A stretch of DNA of 64,000 nucleotides from Octopus vulgaris (lineage: Eukaryota), in assembly GCA_951406725.2 (NCBI GenBank), contig OX597814.1, forward strand, positions 176,576,001 through 176,640,000, read 5' to 3'. Below the pieces are notes generated by a model. The model saw nothing but the letters and a program-made list of their open reading frames with translations, was not told the origin of the DNA and did not search any database. Positions 52,270 to 64,000 of this stretch are shown piece after piece; the first letter of the stretch is position 1; each line of letters begins with the position of its first letter. The position numbers were made by a program, and so were the translations under genes.

Positions 52270-54915
52270 TGCCACAGACCAAGTCTGTGGAAAAAGAAAA
52301 GCATTTGATGAAAAGGAAGAGGAGTTACAGCCTTGCAATATAGAGGATAATTGGGTGTTCCTATGAGACAACTTACTGAGAGCCACGGGCCAAATTTGTG
52401 GGTGGTGGAAAGTCCCAACCAGACATGGTGGTGGACCAATGTAGTTGACAGGGCCATTAGAGCAAAGAAACAAGCTTGGAAGGATGGTGGTAGCAAGGAG
52501 CTATATCAGGCAGCTACAAGGGAAGCTAGGAAGCAGGTGTACTTAGCCAGGAGTGAGGCAGAAAGGAAGAAGTTTGTAACATCAGAACCAGCAGCTTGAA
52601 GTGTTTCAATTTGCAAGACAGTGTGCCAGTGAAAATTTTGATGTTGTGGGAAAGAACTGTGTTTGCATGGATGATGGTTCACTTGCAATTAGTGACTCTG
52701 CAATGAAAGGTTACTAAATGTAGAGAACTCATAGGAGAAGATCCAACAGAAGGACCAGCAATCTGAATAGACAGTAGTGTCAGCATTGTAGAAAAAGCCA
52801 TAAAGGATATGAAAATGGGGAAAGCCCCTGGTCCATCAGGAATCACCATTGAGATGCTTAAAATACCTGGCAGTGTGGGTTATGTTCTAGTCACCCATAT
52901 AGTTAATCAGGTGGTACATGAAGGAGTCATACCCAATGACTGGTGTAGCAGCACCATAATCAACTGCTACACATGTAAAGGTGATGCCTTAGATAGAAAT
53001 AAGTACAGAGGTATCAAATTGTTGGATCAACCAATTAAGGAGAGAGTTAGTCTGAATGAGATGCAGTTTGGTTTTGTACCAAGGAGAAGCACCACTGATG
53101 CTATATTTCTGGTTAGGCAGCTGCAGAAGAAATACCTAGCCAAGATAAACCTCTGTACTTGGCTTTTGTTACATGGAGAAAGCCTTTGACATGGTCCCCA
53201 GACCTTATCTGGTGATCGATGCGGAAAGTAGAAAATATGAGTGGCTGGTGGGAGTTGTACAAGCCATGTACAGGTATGCAACGATTATAGCGATGAATTC
53301 AGGGTACAGGTAGGAGTTCACCAAGGATCAGTCCTCAGCACCCCTTTGTTCATCATAGTCCTCCAGGTAATAAGAGAGGAATTTAAGATGGGCTGCTCCT
53401 GGGAGCTCCTCTATGCTGATGAACTTGTACTTATAGCTGAATCACTACCAGTACTAGAGAAGAAATTTAAGGTATGGAAGCAAGGTCTAGAATTGAAGTA
53501 CCTTAGAATCAACCTTGCAAAAACCAAAGTCTTAGTAATTAGGAAAGTAGACAAATCACACATCTCTTCAGGTAGACGACCCTGCTCAATCTGTAGGAAA
53601 GGCGTAGGTAGAAACTCCATAAAATGTACCTGGTGCATGCTATTGACACATAAGAGGTGCAGCAGTATCAGAGGAAGATTAACTGGGAAAATAGTTTTTG
53701 CATGGGGAAGGTGCATAGGTACAATAAACACTAAAAATGTACAGAAAATAAACTCCATCAGCTGCCAGGTGTGTCAACAAGAGGTAGTTGATAGCTTTTG
53801 TTATTTAGGTGACAAAGTCAGTAGTGGAGGTGGATACTGCGAGAGCAGAGCTATGAGAATAAGAATAGGCTAGGTAAAGTTCAGAGAGTTCCTACCTTTG
53901 TTGGCAACAAAGGGCCTCTCCCTTAGAGTGACAGGCAAACTATATGATACCTGTATGTGAACAGCTATACTACATGGCAGTGAAACATGGGCTGTGACTG
54001 CTGGGGACATGCATAGGCTTGAAAGAAATGAAGCTAGTATGTTTTGCTGGATGTACAATGTCAGTGTGCATGTACGACAGAGTGTAAGCATCTTGAGAGA
54101 AAAGTTGGGCATGAAAGGCATAGGTTTGGTGTGCAAGAGAGACAACTCTGCCAGTATGATTATGTGATGTGTATGGACGAGACAACTGTGTAAAGAAGTG
54201 CAGATCTCTAACTGTGGAGGGAACCTGTGGTGGAGGTAGACCTAAGAAGACATTGGATAATGTGGTGAAGCATGATCATTGAACTTTGGGCCTCATGGAG
54301 GCAATGACTAGTGACCGAGACCTTTGGCGATATACCATGCTTGAGAAGACCTGCCAAGCCAAGTGATTGATGCTGGCATCGTGTAACTGGCACCTGTGCT
54401 GGTGGAACAAAAAAAAAACACCATTCAAGCATTGGGTCTCATGGAAGCAATGTGGCTGATGCCAGTGTTGCATAACTAGCACTCAAGCATTGGGCTTCAT
54501 GGGGGCAATGTGGCTGATACCAGTGCTGCGTAAATAGCACCCATGCTGGTGGCAATGTAAAAAGGCACCTTTCAAGCATTGGGCCTCACAGAGGCAATGA
54601 CAAATGACTGAGACCCTTGATGATATGCTGTGCTTGAGAAGACCCTTGAAGCTAAGCGAAATCGTAGTCATGGCAGATACTGGTGTCACACAACTGGCAC
54701 CTGTGTCAGTGGAATGTAAAAGGACCCATACCAGTGACATATAAAAGCACCCAAAAAATTCTTGGAGTGGTTGGCATTAGGAAGGGCATCCAGCCATAGA
54801 AATCCATGCCACATCAAACTGGAGTCTAGTGCAGCCCCGTCAGTTTACCAGGACCAGTCAAGCCATTCAACTCATGCCAGCATGGACAACAGATGTTAGA
54901 TAATGATGATGATGA
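52270..54915 (+). mobile_element. Decayed RTE-clade LINE (RT, Cys/His finger, C-terminus, repeated 3' UTR, (GAT)n tail)
   Basis: GKAPGPSGI, QFGFVPRRSTTDAIF, GVHQGSVLS, LLYADE, CSICRKGVGRNSIKC. Confidence 0.92.
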
Positions 54916-55177
54916 TATATATATATGTATATAGCAATAAAAAGATGGAGGAGAACACTTGGGTGGTTCATCAACTTTTAGGCATTATGTTATGTTACCT
55001 TATTTATTTATTTACTAAACTAATAATTACAATAATATACATACATATAACATATTATTCTTTACATATAAGATATAAAATATAGTAATATATATGGATA
55101 CCAGTAATTATTATAAAAAACATGAATATAAATTGGGAAAATAACTTACAGCTGTTTCAGCCAATAGATAAAAATAC

Positions 55178-55233
<56 letters not shown>

Positions 55234-56219
55234 ATACAAAATGGGACAAGAACGCAAAACATCCAGATAACTAGGTGATACAAAAAGGGACAACAAAACA
55301 CCCAGATGGACAATACAAAAATACAATAATAATAATAATAATAATAATAACAGGACATAACAACAGGCGTCTTTCGACTGGGGACGAACTGAATTCAGCT
55401 GGCGTGTGCGGAAATGAAACCTTACAACAGAGGGAAGAATATCGATGTGGCAGTGGCCGTGGTCAGATGCAAAAGGGCTAGCAGTCGGCCAAGGATCAAG
55501 TGAGAAGAGAAGAGAGAAAAAGAGGAACAAAGGAATTAAGGAGGGGAAAAGAGAGAGAGAGAGAGAGAGAGAGAGTGAGTAGAAGTAGATAGATGGAAGA
55601 ATCAAGGAGTGGTGAGAAAAAAAGAGAGACAGGGACATAGTGAAGTGAAAAGTGAGTAAGAAAGGCAAAGAAATGTGTCAGAGTGGGGGGTGGGGAAAGA
55701 GTTCTCCTTCAAACAGGGACAACGGTTTACAGTGAAAAGCAACTTCACATGTGCTTCGGAGAACCTAATATACCCACTAACCTGCTCCGGGTGTCAAGAG
55801 CAGTACATAGGCCAAACAAAAAATAGTTTGGTAAAAGAATGGCCCTGCACAGATCCCAGATAAAAATTCCCCAAAACAGAAAAATAGCTTTCAGCCAACA
55901 CATAGATACTTGCGCCAACAACAAAACACCAGGCTTCAGGATTTTCCCCCTCTACCAATTTAGGGACGATACAACCTCGAGACAACGAATAAGTAAATAA
56001 ACTCTCTTTATTACAAAATACAGGCCACTTCTTAACGGGTCTACGACAAATGATTAATATACCTCAACTTTAGAATAAAAGAAATACACACACAAATATT
56101 ACATTCCAAAGAATCCATTACTAATCAGCCCCAATCACAGCTATAATCCATAACATGCCAACTTCAAGTCATACAACACCTCACTACTTTCACCCATTCA
56201 TATTCTCCCTTCTCTGTTT

Positions 56220-56390
56220 TCTTTTTCTTCCTCTTCTTCTTCATCATCATCATTATCATCATCATCGTCGTCATCATCATCACCACCATCATCATCATCA
56301 TCTTCTTCTCCTTCTCCTTCTTCTTCATCATCATCATCATCATCAACATCGTCATCTTCTTCTTCTTCTTCTTCTTCTTCTTCTTCTTCT
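56220..56390. repeat. (CAT)n/(CTT)n compound microsatellite
   Basis: Direct. Confidence 0.9.
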
Positions 56391-56744
56391 GCTCCACCTT
56401 CTACCTCTTAACTTTATCACTAATCCTTTTTAGTAAAACACCTACGCAAATTCCATAAACAAATCTCTCAATAGAAATATTCTCCTGAATTGAACTGCAA
56501 CTGCTAGCCGTCACTGACCATTCAAAATACAACAATCAAGGCACTCCCAAATTTTTCCACCCCCTCTCCTCTTCAGCCTTCTTCTTCTACCCTACCAAGA
56601 ATTCACAACGACCTCAAACACACAAGTGCAAACAAAGGAGTCAGAGAAAGGCAGAATGCCACTTATATTTGAACACTACTATACAAATATTCCTTTAAAA
56701 AAACTTTTCTTCTAATTTTTCTAAATTTAATTATTTAATTGTTA

Positions 56745-56782
56745 CAGTTGAAAAGGTCTCAAAATGACCGAAACCGGTACTG
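56745..56782 (+). ncRNA. Minimal type I hammerhead ribozyme motif (Penelope-type)
   Basis: cag UUGAAAA ggtc[tcaaaat]gacc GAAA ccgg UA ctg; U3-A8 variant core, palindromic stem III. Confidence 0.6.
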
Positions 56783-57023
56783 AAATGTTCTTTATAAAAT
56801 TATTTTAGCATTTTCTATTTTGACTTGTTTTTTCATATATATATATATATATATAATAAAATACAAAATGGGACAAGAATGCAAAACATCCGGACAACTA
56901 GGTGATACAAAAAGGGACAACAAAACATCCAGATAGATGATACAAAAAAACAAGGACAGGTCATTTGAAGCCTTTTATCTTCAGTGAAGAACTGGATCAT
57001 CCTTGCAATTTCAGCTGATTAAT

Positions 57024-57079
<56 letters not shown>

Positions 57080-57191
57080 TATTAATATTAAGGAAGTCAT
57101 TTCCTAGTTTACAGGGGAGAGAATTTCAATTCAGTGGTACTAAAATGAATTACTCGCTGTATTATATACATATATATATATATATATATAT

Positions 57192-58337
57192 GTAGATGGG
57201 TTTAAGAGACAGAATCACCCGCAAGCAATTCAATCATCATTGAATGACATTATCCACGATAGGTACGACTAAATATTAAAATTAATACCTTTAATTCTTA
57301 TTTCGAATCATATACTTTACATTATATAGACTACGTGTGTTTCATGACAACATATTCCTCGATATTGCTGAATTAGAATGTCTCTAAATACAATACCATA
57401 TTAAAACAATTATATTGCCAATCTTCAGATCTAGATTATATGAACTTATTTTACTATTTACATCCTATATAAAGACATGACAAACTAAAATTATATAACT
57501 AGAATTTGTCGGAATAATTTTACTTTAGTAAATAATGAACAGAAATGTGGAATAAAAGTAGGAAAAGAAATGTTAGTAAAAAGAAATGTTAACTTATATG
57601 TATGGGAATTTTTTCTCCATGAATTAAACATGGCTACCAGCAATCGTATAATCCAACATTGAGAGCTACTATGTAGGGTAGATAATTCTTATTAATATTT
57701 AAAAGTTCTTAAAAGGTATTTTCTATTATTTATAATTATTGTGTAAGGGAAGTGAATAATAATAAATCAGGAGAAGCCAAAAGTGAGTGTATGATGGGAA
57801 TAGTCTAATTTTTTTCTTGGTTAATTTATTTTATTTATATGTTAACTTTGATAAATAATAAATTTCTAGGTCGGTAAATAGGTAAACTAAATTACTCAAC
57901 ATATAATTTTAAAATATTTAAAAATATTTAAAAATATTTTGAAATAAAAGTCAGTAAAAATCTAACTTTTTATTATTTTTATAATTATAATACAATTAAT
58001 ATATATTGATTATACTATTATTCTTAAAATTGACATTACTCTTAAAATTGAGTTTCTAAATTAAGATTAAAAATTTAGAATAATACCATCTAATATTATA
58101 CTATAAATTTTTATTAAGAAACTAAAATATCTGAAATTAGAAGTTAATTAAATGTTATCTTACATTTATATATAAATAAGTAGATATATTCTAGTTATAC
58201 TAAATAAGAATTAGAAAAATAATTGTAGGTATTAATTTCGATAATTTTAATATTTAGTCCTGTATGTACGTATTGTGGATAATGTCATTCAATGATGATT
58301 GAGTTGCTTGAGGATGATTCTGATTCTTAAATCTATC
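57192..58337. mobile_element. AT-rich element with ~120-bp imperfect terminal inverted repeats, flanked by TA microsatellites
   Basis: 57192-57303 is the reverse complement of 58202-58337 (caatcatcattgaatgacattatccac...gactaaatattaaaatta). Confidence 0.75.
57327..57433 (-). ncRNA. Type I hammerhead ribozyme motif with long stem II loop
   Basis: tagat CUGAAGA ttggcaatata...tatgttgtcat GAAA cacacg UA gtcta. Confidence 0.6.
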
Positions 58338-58381
58338 TATCTATCTATCTGTCTATCTCTCTCTCTCTCTCTATCTATCTA

Positions 58382-58429
<48 letters not shown>

Positions 58430-58587
58430 AAATTATATGTGTGTCTGTGTGTTATCAAGTTCAATACAGCTCTGTAGCTTATCAGACCCTGTTATCAAAC
58501 CATCCAACCCATGTCACCTTGCAAAATAGATATTAACTGATGATGATGATAATGATGAAATATTATAACAAACTGATTCATACAAAC

Positions 58588-59145
58588 CATTTCCTGGAGA
58601 TGCTTTATTTCTTTCCACAACTGTTGTGTATTTTGTTCTAAAAACCCTTTTGCTGTTTCCAATGATTTAATGTTGATTGAGAGATTTTTCAGGTTTTCGT
58701 GAATGGTTTCAATTTGGTCTGTCAGATTATAGATATTTTGGGTCGTTGACATTGATGTTTTTCTGAGAAATTTTTCCATATGTTTGTTCAATTCATCCCA
58801 CTGTTCCTCAGTTGTAAATCCTTGATTTGTAGAGGATAGTGTCTGAGGTGAAGGAACTAGTGGTATCTGATTTGCAGCCTGTGTAGGGGCTGGTGTCTGA
58901 AATGTAACCTGTGAAGAGGATGATGTCTGATACGTAATCAGTGAAGGGACTGGTGTCTGATATGCAGCCAGTGAATGCCTTCTTTTCTTAAACAAATATG
59001 ATTTAATATCTGACAACTCGGCTTCAATTTGGAACAAGCGATTATGAGCCTTTTGTTCTTGTGAGGTTTGTCGTTGTAAATCAATGCTAAGATAAGACTT
59101 AGATCCTTGCTCAAATTGTACCAAGGAACCTCCTGGCTCAACTTT
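58588..59145 (-). CDS. QRICH2-like: Exon A (most 5' exon identified) of QRICH2/C16orf96 (DUF4795)-like coiled-coil gene; KVEPGGSLVQ...WKEIKHLQEM
   Basis: Acceptor ttttcaacag, 558-nt open phase 0-0 exon within ORF 58495..59124, donor GTTTGT; Q/T/P-rich then heptad-rich. Confidence 0.8.
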
Positions 59146-60153
59146 CTGTTGAAAATAACCACAAAATAAGTAAATGAGTATTTAAAGAGAAACAAAGGAA
59201 CGTAAACAAAACTATATCGAATTACATTGGAAATTTTCACAAGACTGCTTTCTGCATCAAAAACATATAGTTAAGAATAGGCTACAATATTCAATGCAGG
59301 GATCCAAAGAAATTTTTAATTGGCTGAAGCTATAACCATAATGAGAATAAGAGTCTTTAATGTTAATGAAAATTACTCCCAATAGGGGTAAAGGAGAGAA
59401 CTCCTGAAATTTTGTATCATCAAAAATTAAATGGACATATGCAGGATAGACAAGAGCAACTGGTGAAGATAGAAGAGTGTCTTGACCAATATCCTCCTGT
59501 TGGATTGCTAATTAAATGACCATGGGATTGCCCCTAGAAAGTTCCCCTCCGAGGTACAAGTTTGGGCAAATTTGTTTATGGAAGGCCAGTAGTCACCCAT
59601 GCATACCAACTTCCCCTCTCCACACCACTCATGTCAGCGAAGGGAAAGGCTGATACAGTTTGGCACCAGTGACGTTGCAATTCATTTCTACAGCTGAATG
59701 AACTGGAGCAACATGAAATAAATTGTTTTGCTCAAGAACACGATGCACAGCCCAGTCTGGGAATTAAACTCACTATCTCATGATTGTGAGCCTGACACTC
59801 TAACCACTGAGCAATGCACCTTCACTGCTATATATTAAAGAACAGATAGTATGTATTATGTCATTAGCATTGCACAGTATCCAAATGCTCTTGTTATATG
59901 AATATGGTGTTCTAGCTTACCAACGCAAGCAGAGACAATATATATCATTCATTTACTCTTTTACTTGTTTCAGTCATTTGACTGTGGCTATGATGGAGCA
60001 CCACCTTGAGTCGAGCAAATCAACCCCAGAACTTATTCTTTGTAAGCCTTGTACTTATTCTATTGGTCTCTTTTGGCGAACTGCTAAGTTACAGGGATGT
60101 AAACACACCAGCATCAGTTGTCAAGCGATGTTGGGGGACAAAGACATACACAT

Positions 60154-60198
<45 letters not shown>

Positions 60199-60363
60199 TA
60201 TATATACATATATATATATACACAATGGGCTTTCAGTTCCTATTTACCAAATCCACTCACAAGGCTGTAGTAGAAGACACTTGCCCAAGGTGCCACACAG
60301 TGTGACTGAACCCGGAACCATGTGGTTGGTAAGCAAGCTACATACCACACAGCCACTCCTGCG

Positions 60364-60407
<44 letters not shown>

Positions 60408-62310
60408 GAGTGGACCTTTGTGTTGCCAAGCGATGTTGGGGGGGGACAAACACAGACACACAAACATACACACACACACAGACACACACATATACACATA
60501 TATATGACTGGCTTCTTTCAGTTTCCGTCTACTAAATCCACTCACAAGGCTTTGGTCGGCCCAAGGCTATAGTAGAAGACACTTGCCCAAGGTACCATGC
60601 AGTGGGACTGAACTCGAAACCATGTGGTTCGTAAACAAGCTACTTACCACACAGCCACTCCTATGCCTTTATCCATCCATCTTTTCTATCTCCTATTCCT
60701 TGGAGAGTCATTGAGCCAGGATCCTCAGGCACCTCTTCCAAAGGGTCCTATCAGAAGCAATTGCCATTACACTTTCCTGCTGGATTCCTGAATGTGACCA
60801 ACTGTGACCCCCCCCCCCACTTCTCAAGTTGTACAGACTCATAAGGGCCGGTTTTCTGGTTTGAAGACATATAAACTCCCCACTTGGAGGGACGCCAGTC
60901 TGTCACAAGATTAATCATTTTTGGCAGCTGAGCGAACTGGAGCATCATGAAATAAAGTGTTTTGCTCAAGAACACAATGTGTTGCCCGGTCCAGGAACTG
61001 AAACCACAATCTTATGACTATGAGTCTAACACTCTAACCACTAAGCTACATACATCCACCAACTGAGACTCTCACTTTTACTCTTTTACTTGTTTCAGTC
61101 ATTTGACTGTGGCCATGCTGGAGCACCGCCTTTAGTGGAGCAAATCGACCCCCAGGACTTATTCTTTGTAAGCCTAGTACTTATTCTATCAGTCTCTTTT
61201 GCCGAACCACTAAGTTACGGGTATATAAACACACCAGCATCAGTTGTCAAGCGATGTTGGGGGGGACAAAGACAGACACACAAACATACACATATATATA
61301 TATATATACATATATACGATGGGCTTCTTTCAGTTTCCATTTACTAAATCCACTCATAAGGTTTTGGTCGGCCCGAGGCTATAGTAGAAAACACTTGCCC
61401 AAGGTGCCACGCAGTGGGACTGAACCTGGAACCATGTGGTTGGTAAGCAAGCTACTTACTACACAGCCACTCCTATGCCTTGGATATTATCCAACCATCT
61501 TAATCTTGGTCTAACCATGGTTTCCTGCTTGAAGAAACCCTGACCCTAACCCTCTTGTGCTCCTTTCCTTTGACACTCTAATCACAAGTCCATCACACCA
61601 GAGTTGTAACCTCTTGATGTGGAACAGTAGCACCTCAACCTGGAGAAACTCTCTGACCCCTAAGCTATGCACCCTGTTGTGTAATGTTATTCAAGAGATT
61701 TTCTAGTGAGGAGCCCCATTTTAGCAGCTTATATTTATTCATTTATTTGCTTGCTTGCTTCATTTAACATTTTAAAAATAATATTGTTGTGGGATATGGG
61801 GTTTCGATGGGCCTGTCGTTGATTTCTTGTATTTCTGAAGGGGAAAGTGACATGGGAGCACTTACTCTTTCCTCTCTCTTTTACTTGTTTCAGTCATTTG
61901 TCTGCGGCCATGCTGGAGCACCGCCTTTAGTCGAGCAAATTGACCCCGGGACTTATTCTTTGTAAGCCCAGTACTTATTCTATCGGTCGCTTTTGCCAAA
62001 CCACTAAGTGACAGGGACGTAAACACACCAGCATCGGTTGTCAAGCAATGCTAGGGGGGACAAACAGACACAAACATACACACAAATACATATAAATATA
62101 CATATATACGACGGGCTTCTTTCAGTTTCCGTCTACCAAATCCACCCACAAGGCATTGGTTGGCCCGGGGCTATAGCAGAAGACACTTGCCCAAGATGCC
62201 ACGCAGTGGGACTGAACCTGGGACCATGTGGTTGGTAAGCAAGCTACTTGCCACACAGCCATTCCTGCGCCTATTCAATAAACTTCATTAAAAAAATTCA
62301 GATTAATTTG

Positions 62311-62745
62311 CAAATGTTTAATGATGAAAGATATAAAGATACATATTCAGATGCACACATGCATACATTCAATCATGCATATACACATACATACATGCAT
62401 GCATGCACACATTTATACATACATAAATGCACACATACATACATGCACACATACATGCATACATACATAGATATGCACACATATATATACATACAAATGT
62501 TTAATGATGAAAGATAAAAATACATACACAGATGCACACATGCATACATTCAAACATGCATACACACATACATGCACACATACATAGGCATGCACACATA
62601 TATACATACATAAATGCACACATACATACATGCATACATGCACACATACATACATGCATACATACATGTACACATACATACATGCATGAACATGTACATA
62701 CATACATACATACATGCATGCATACAGATGCTTATACACATGCGC
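62311..62745. repeat. CATA/CACA low-complexity array with ~183-bp tandem duplication
   Basis: caaatgtttaatgatgaaagata at 62311 and 62494. Confidence 0.85.
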
Positions 62746-63135
62746 ATGTGTATGCGGGTTGATGTAAGTGACTATCCCCCTCCCCCAAATTTCAGGCATT
62801 GTGCCTATAATAGAAAGGATTATTATTATTATTATTATAAAGGCAGTGATCTGGCAGAGCTGTTAGCATGCCAGGCGAACAGTATTTCATCTGTCTTCAC
62901 ATTCTGAGTTCAAATTCCACCAAGGTCAACTTTGCCTTTCATCCTCTTGGGGTTGATAAATAAATACCAGTTGAGAACTGAGGATTGATGTAACCAACTT
63001 ACCCCTTCCCCCAGGATTATTATTGTTAGTAGCTGTAGTGGTGGCAGCAGTAGTAGTCATAGTATGTTTCATTTCCCATAAATAGTCACAGCCATTCTAG
63101 ACTGCAATTTTGTTAGTCTAGCAATAGCTTACATG

Positions 63136-63508
63136 TGTAGTGACGCTATACAGCGGCGCGCGTGCGGGTTGGTGCTTTCACCACCGGAAGTAGGACCATT
63201 TGCCTACGTGGCAGTTAGCCGAGGCAAGGGGATGGTAGAACGTTTGACCACTAGCAGCAGTCAGCAGCGACTTGAGACATGGCTATCGAAGGTACAACAC
63301 GTATATTCTCTCTGTCCCTTTATGATAGCAGTCGGCCGAAAGCTTTTTAACCAAATTGTTGCAGACTACATCATCTTCCTTTCTCCGGACGCCATCTTTG
63401 ACAAGTGTCGTTTTGCATTTGAACACTTTCTTATTTTACAGCGATAAGGTTCAGCTGAGACACATCTATACCAAAGGGATGCCAGATACACTAATTATCT
63501 GTTACCAC
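63136..63508 (+). mobile_element. Possible related solo LTR or CpG-rich promoter-like segment
   Basis: Starts TGTAGTGACGCTA like the 44186 LTR, ends tgttaccaca; no clear TSD. Confidence 0.35.
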
Positions 63509-64000
63509 ATAAGAGAATAAAGTAGATATATATTATTTACGTCTGCGTCTTGTTGTTTCTGACTGGTAGAGAATCTGGATTTAAAAGCAACGGATAGTGA
63601 TTGCTTCTCGCACCCCCAAAAGGTCCAGAGAAGATATTCACACACATTTCGTTACACTGTAGACCCCCGACGTGATTCTGGTCTAAAACCAGAGATCACT
63701 TAACAACAAAGAAATCCAGTTTTTTCTGCTAAGTTGGAACACGATTAACTCTACGCAGTCATCTTCTTTCGATGATTTGTTTTCAGCAATAATGACGGAC
63801 GCCATCATATCATCGATGCTTTTTCTCTGCCTTCGTCATCATCATCATCGTCGTCTTAGAACTTCACGTCGTCGTTATCTTCGTCGCCATCACCACTAAG
63901 AACAATGTTGTCTCAAGTCCACTACAGTCGCTTTCCACCACCACCGTCGCCTTTTCAACACCGTCGACCAAGATGTACATAGCAACTCGCGGAACTTTAG

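Larger units (their letters stand above)
55140..57030 (+). mobile_element. Penelope-like element remnant: GIY-YIG endonuclease fragment, pseudo-LTR repeats
   Basis: FTCASENLIYPLTCSGCQEQYIGQT (55675..55863); direct repeat 55234-55320 / 56861-56948; hammerhead at 56745. Confidence 0.8.

Noticed and set aside
63541-63810. Upstream coding exon or start of the minus-strand gene
   Set aside because: Donor-like GTAAAT at 63540 exists, but the phase-0 frame has a stop and no ATG, and the open frame ends in phase 2, incompatible with exon A; unresolved

Overview
AT-rich, repeat-dense animal genomic DNA. The SINE/LINE repertoire (Arg-tRNA-derived OR-type SINEs, Meta/MESC-domain SINEs, RTE and CR1 LINEs, abundant microsatellites) points to an octopus/cephalopod (inference). 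One host gene runs on the minus strand. Ten phase-compatible exons between 59145 and 12119 splice to an open 588-aa (5'-incomplete) coiled-coil protein with QRICH2/C16orf96 (DUF4795)-type C-terminal motifs, apparently using two consecutive GC-AG introns. The rest is mostly transposon-derived: a young CR1-like family (6 copies, one with a 795-aa uninterrupted ORF), decayed RTEs, a Penelope remnant, mariner/Tc1/pogo/hAT/piggyBac elements, two non-autonomous Helitrons and a solo LTR. The most notable items are (i) a ~200-bp structured, non-tRNA retroposed family with four copies sharing the same 5' end, (ii) two hammerhead-ribozyme motifs, one inside an inverted-repeat element, and (iii) variable-number arrays of a compact H-type pseudoknot in RTE 3' UTRs. 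Most ORFs in the supplied track are microsatellite or SINE artefacts.
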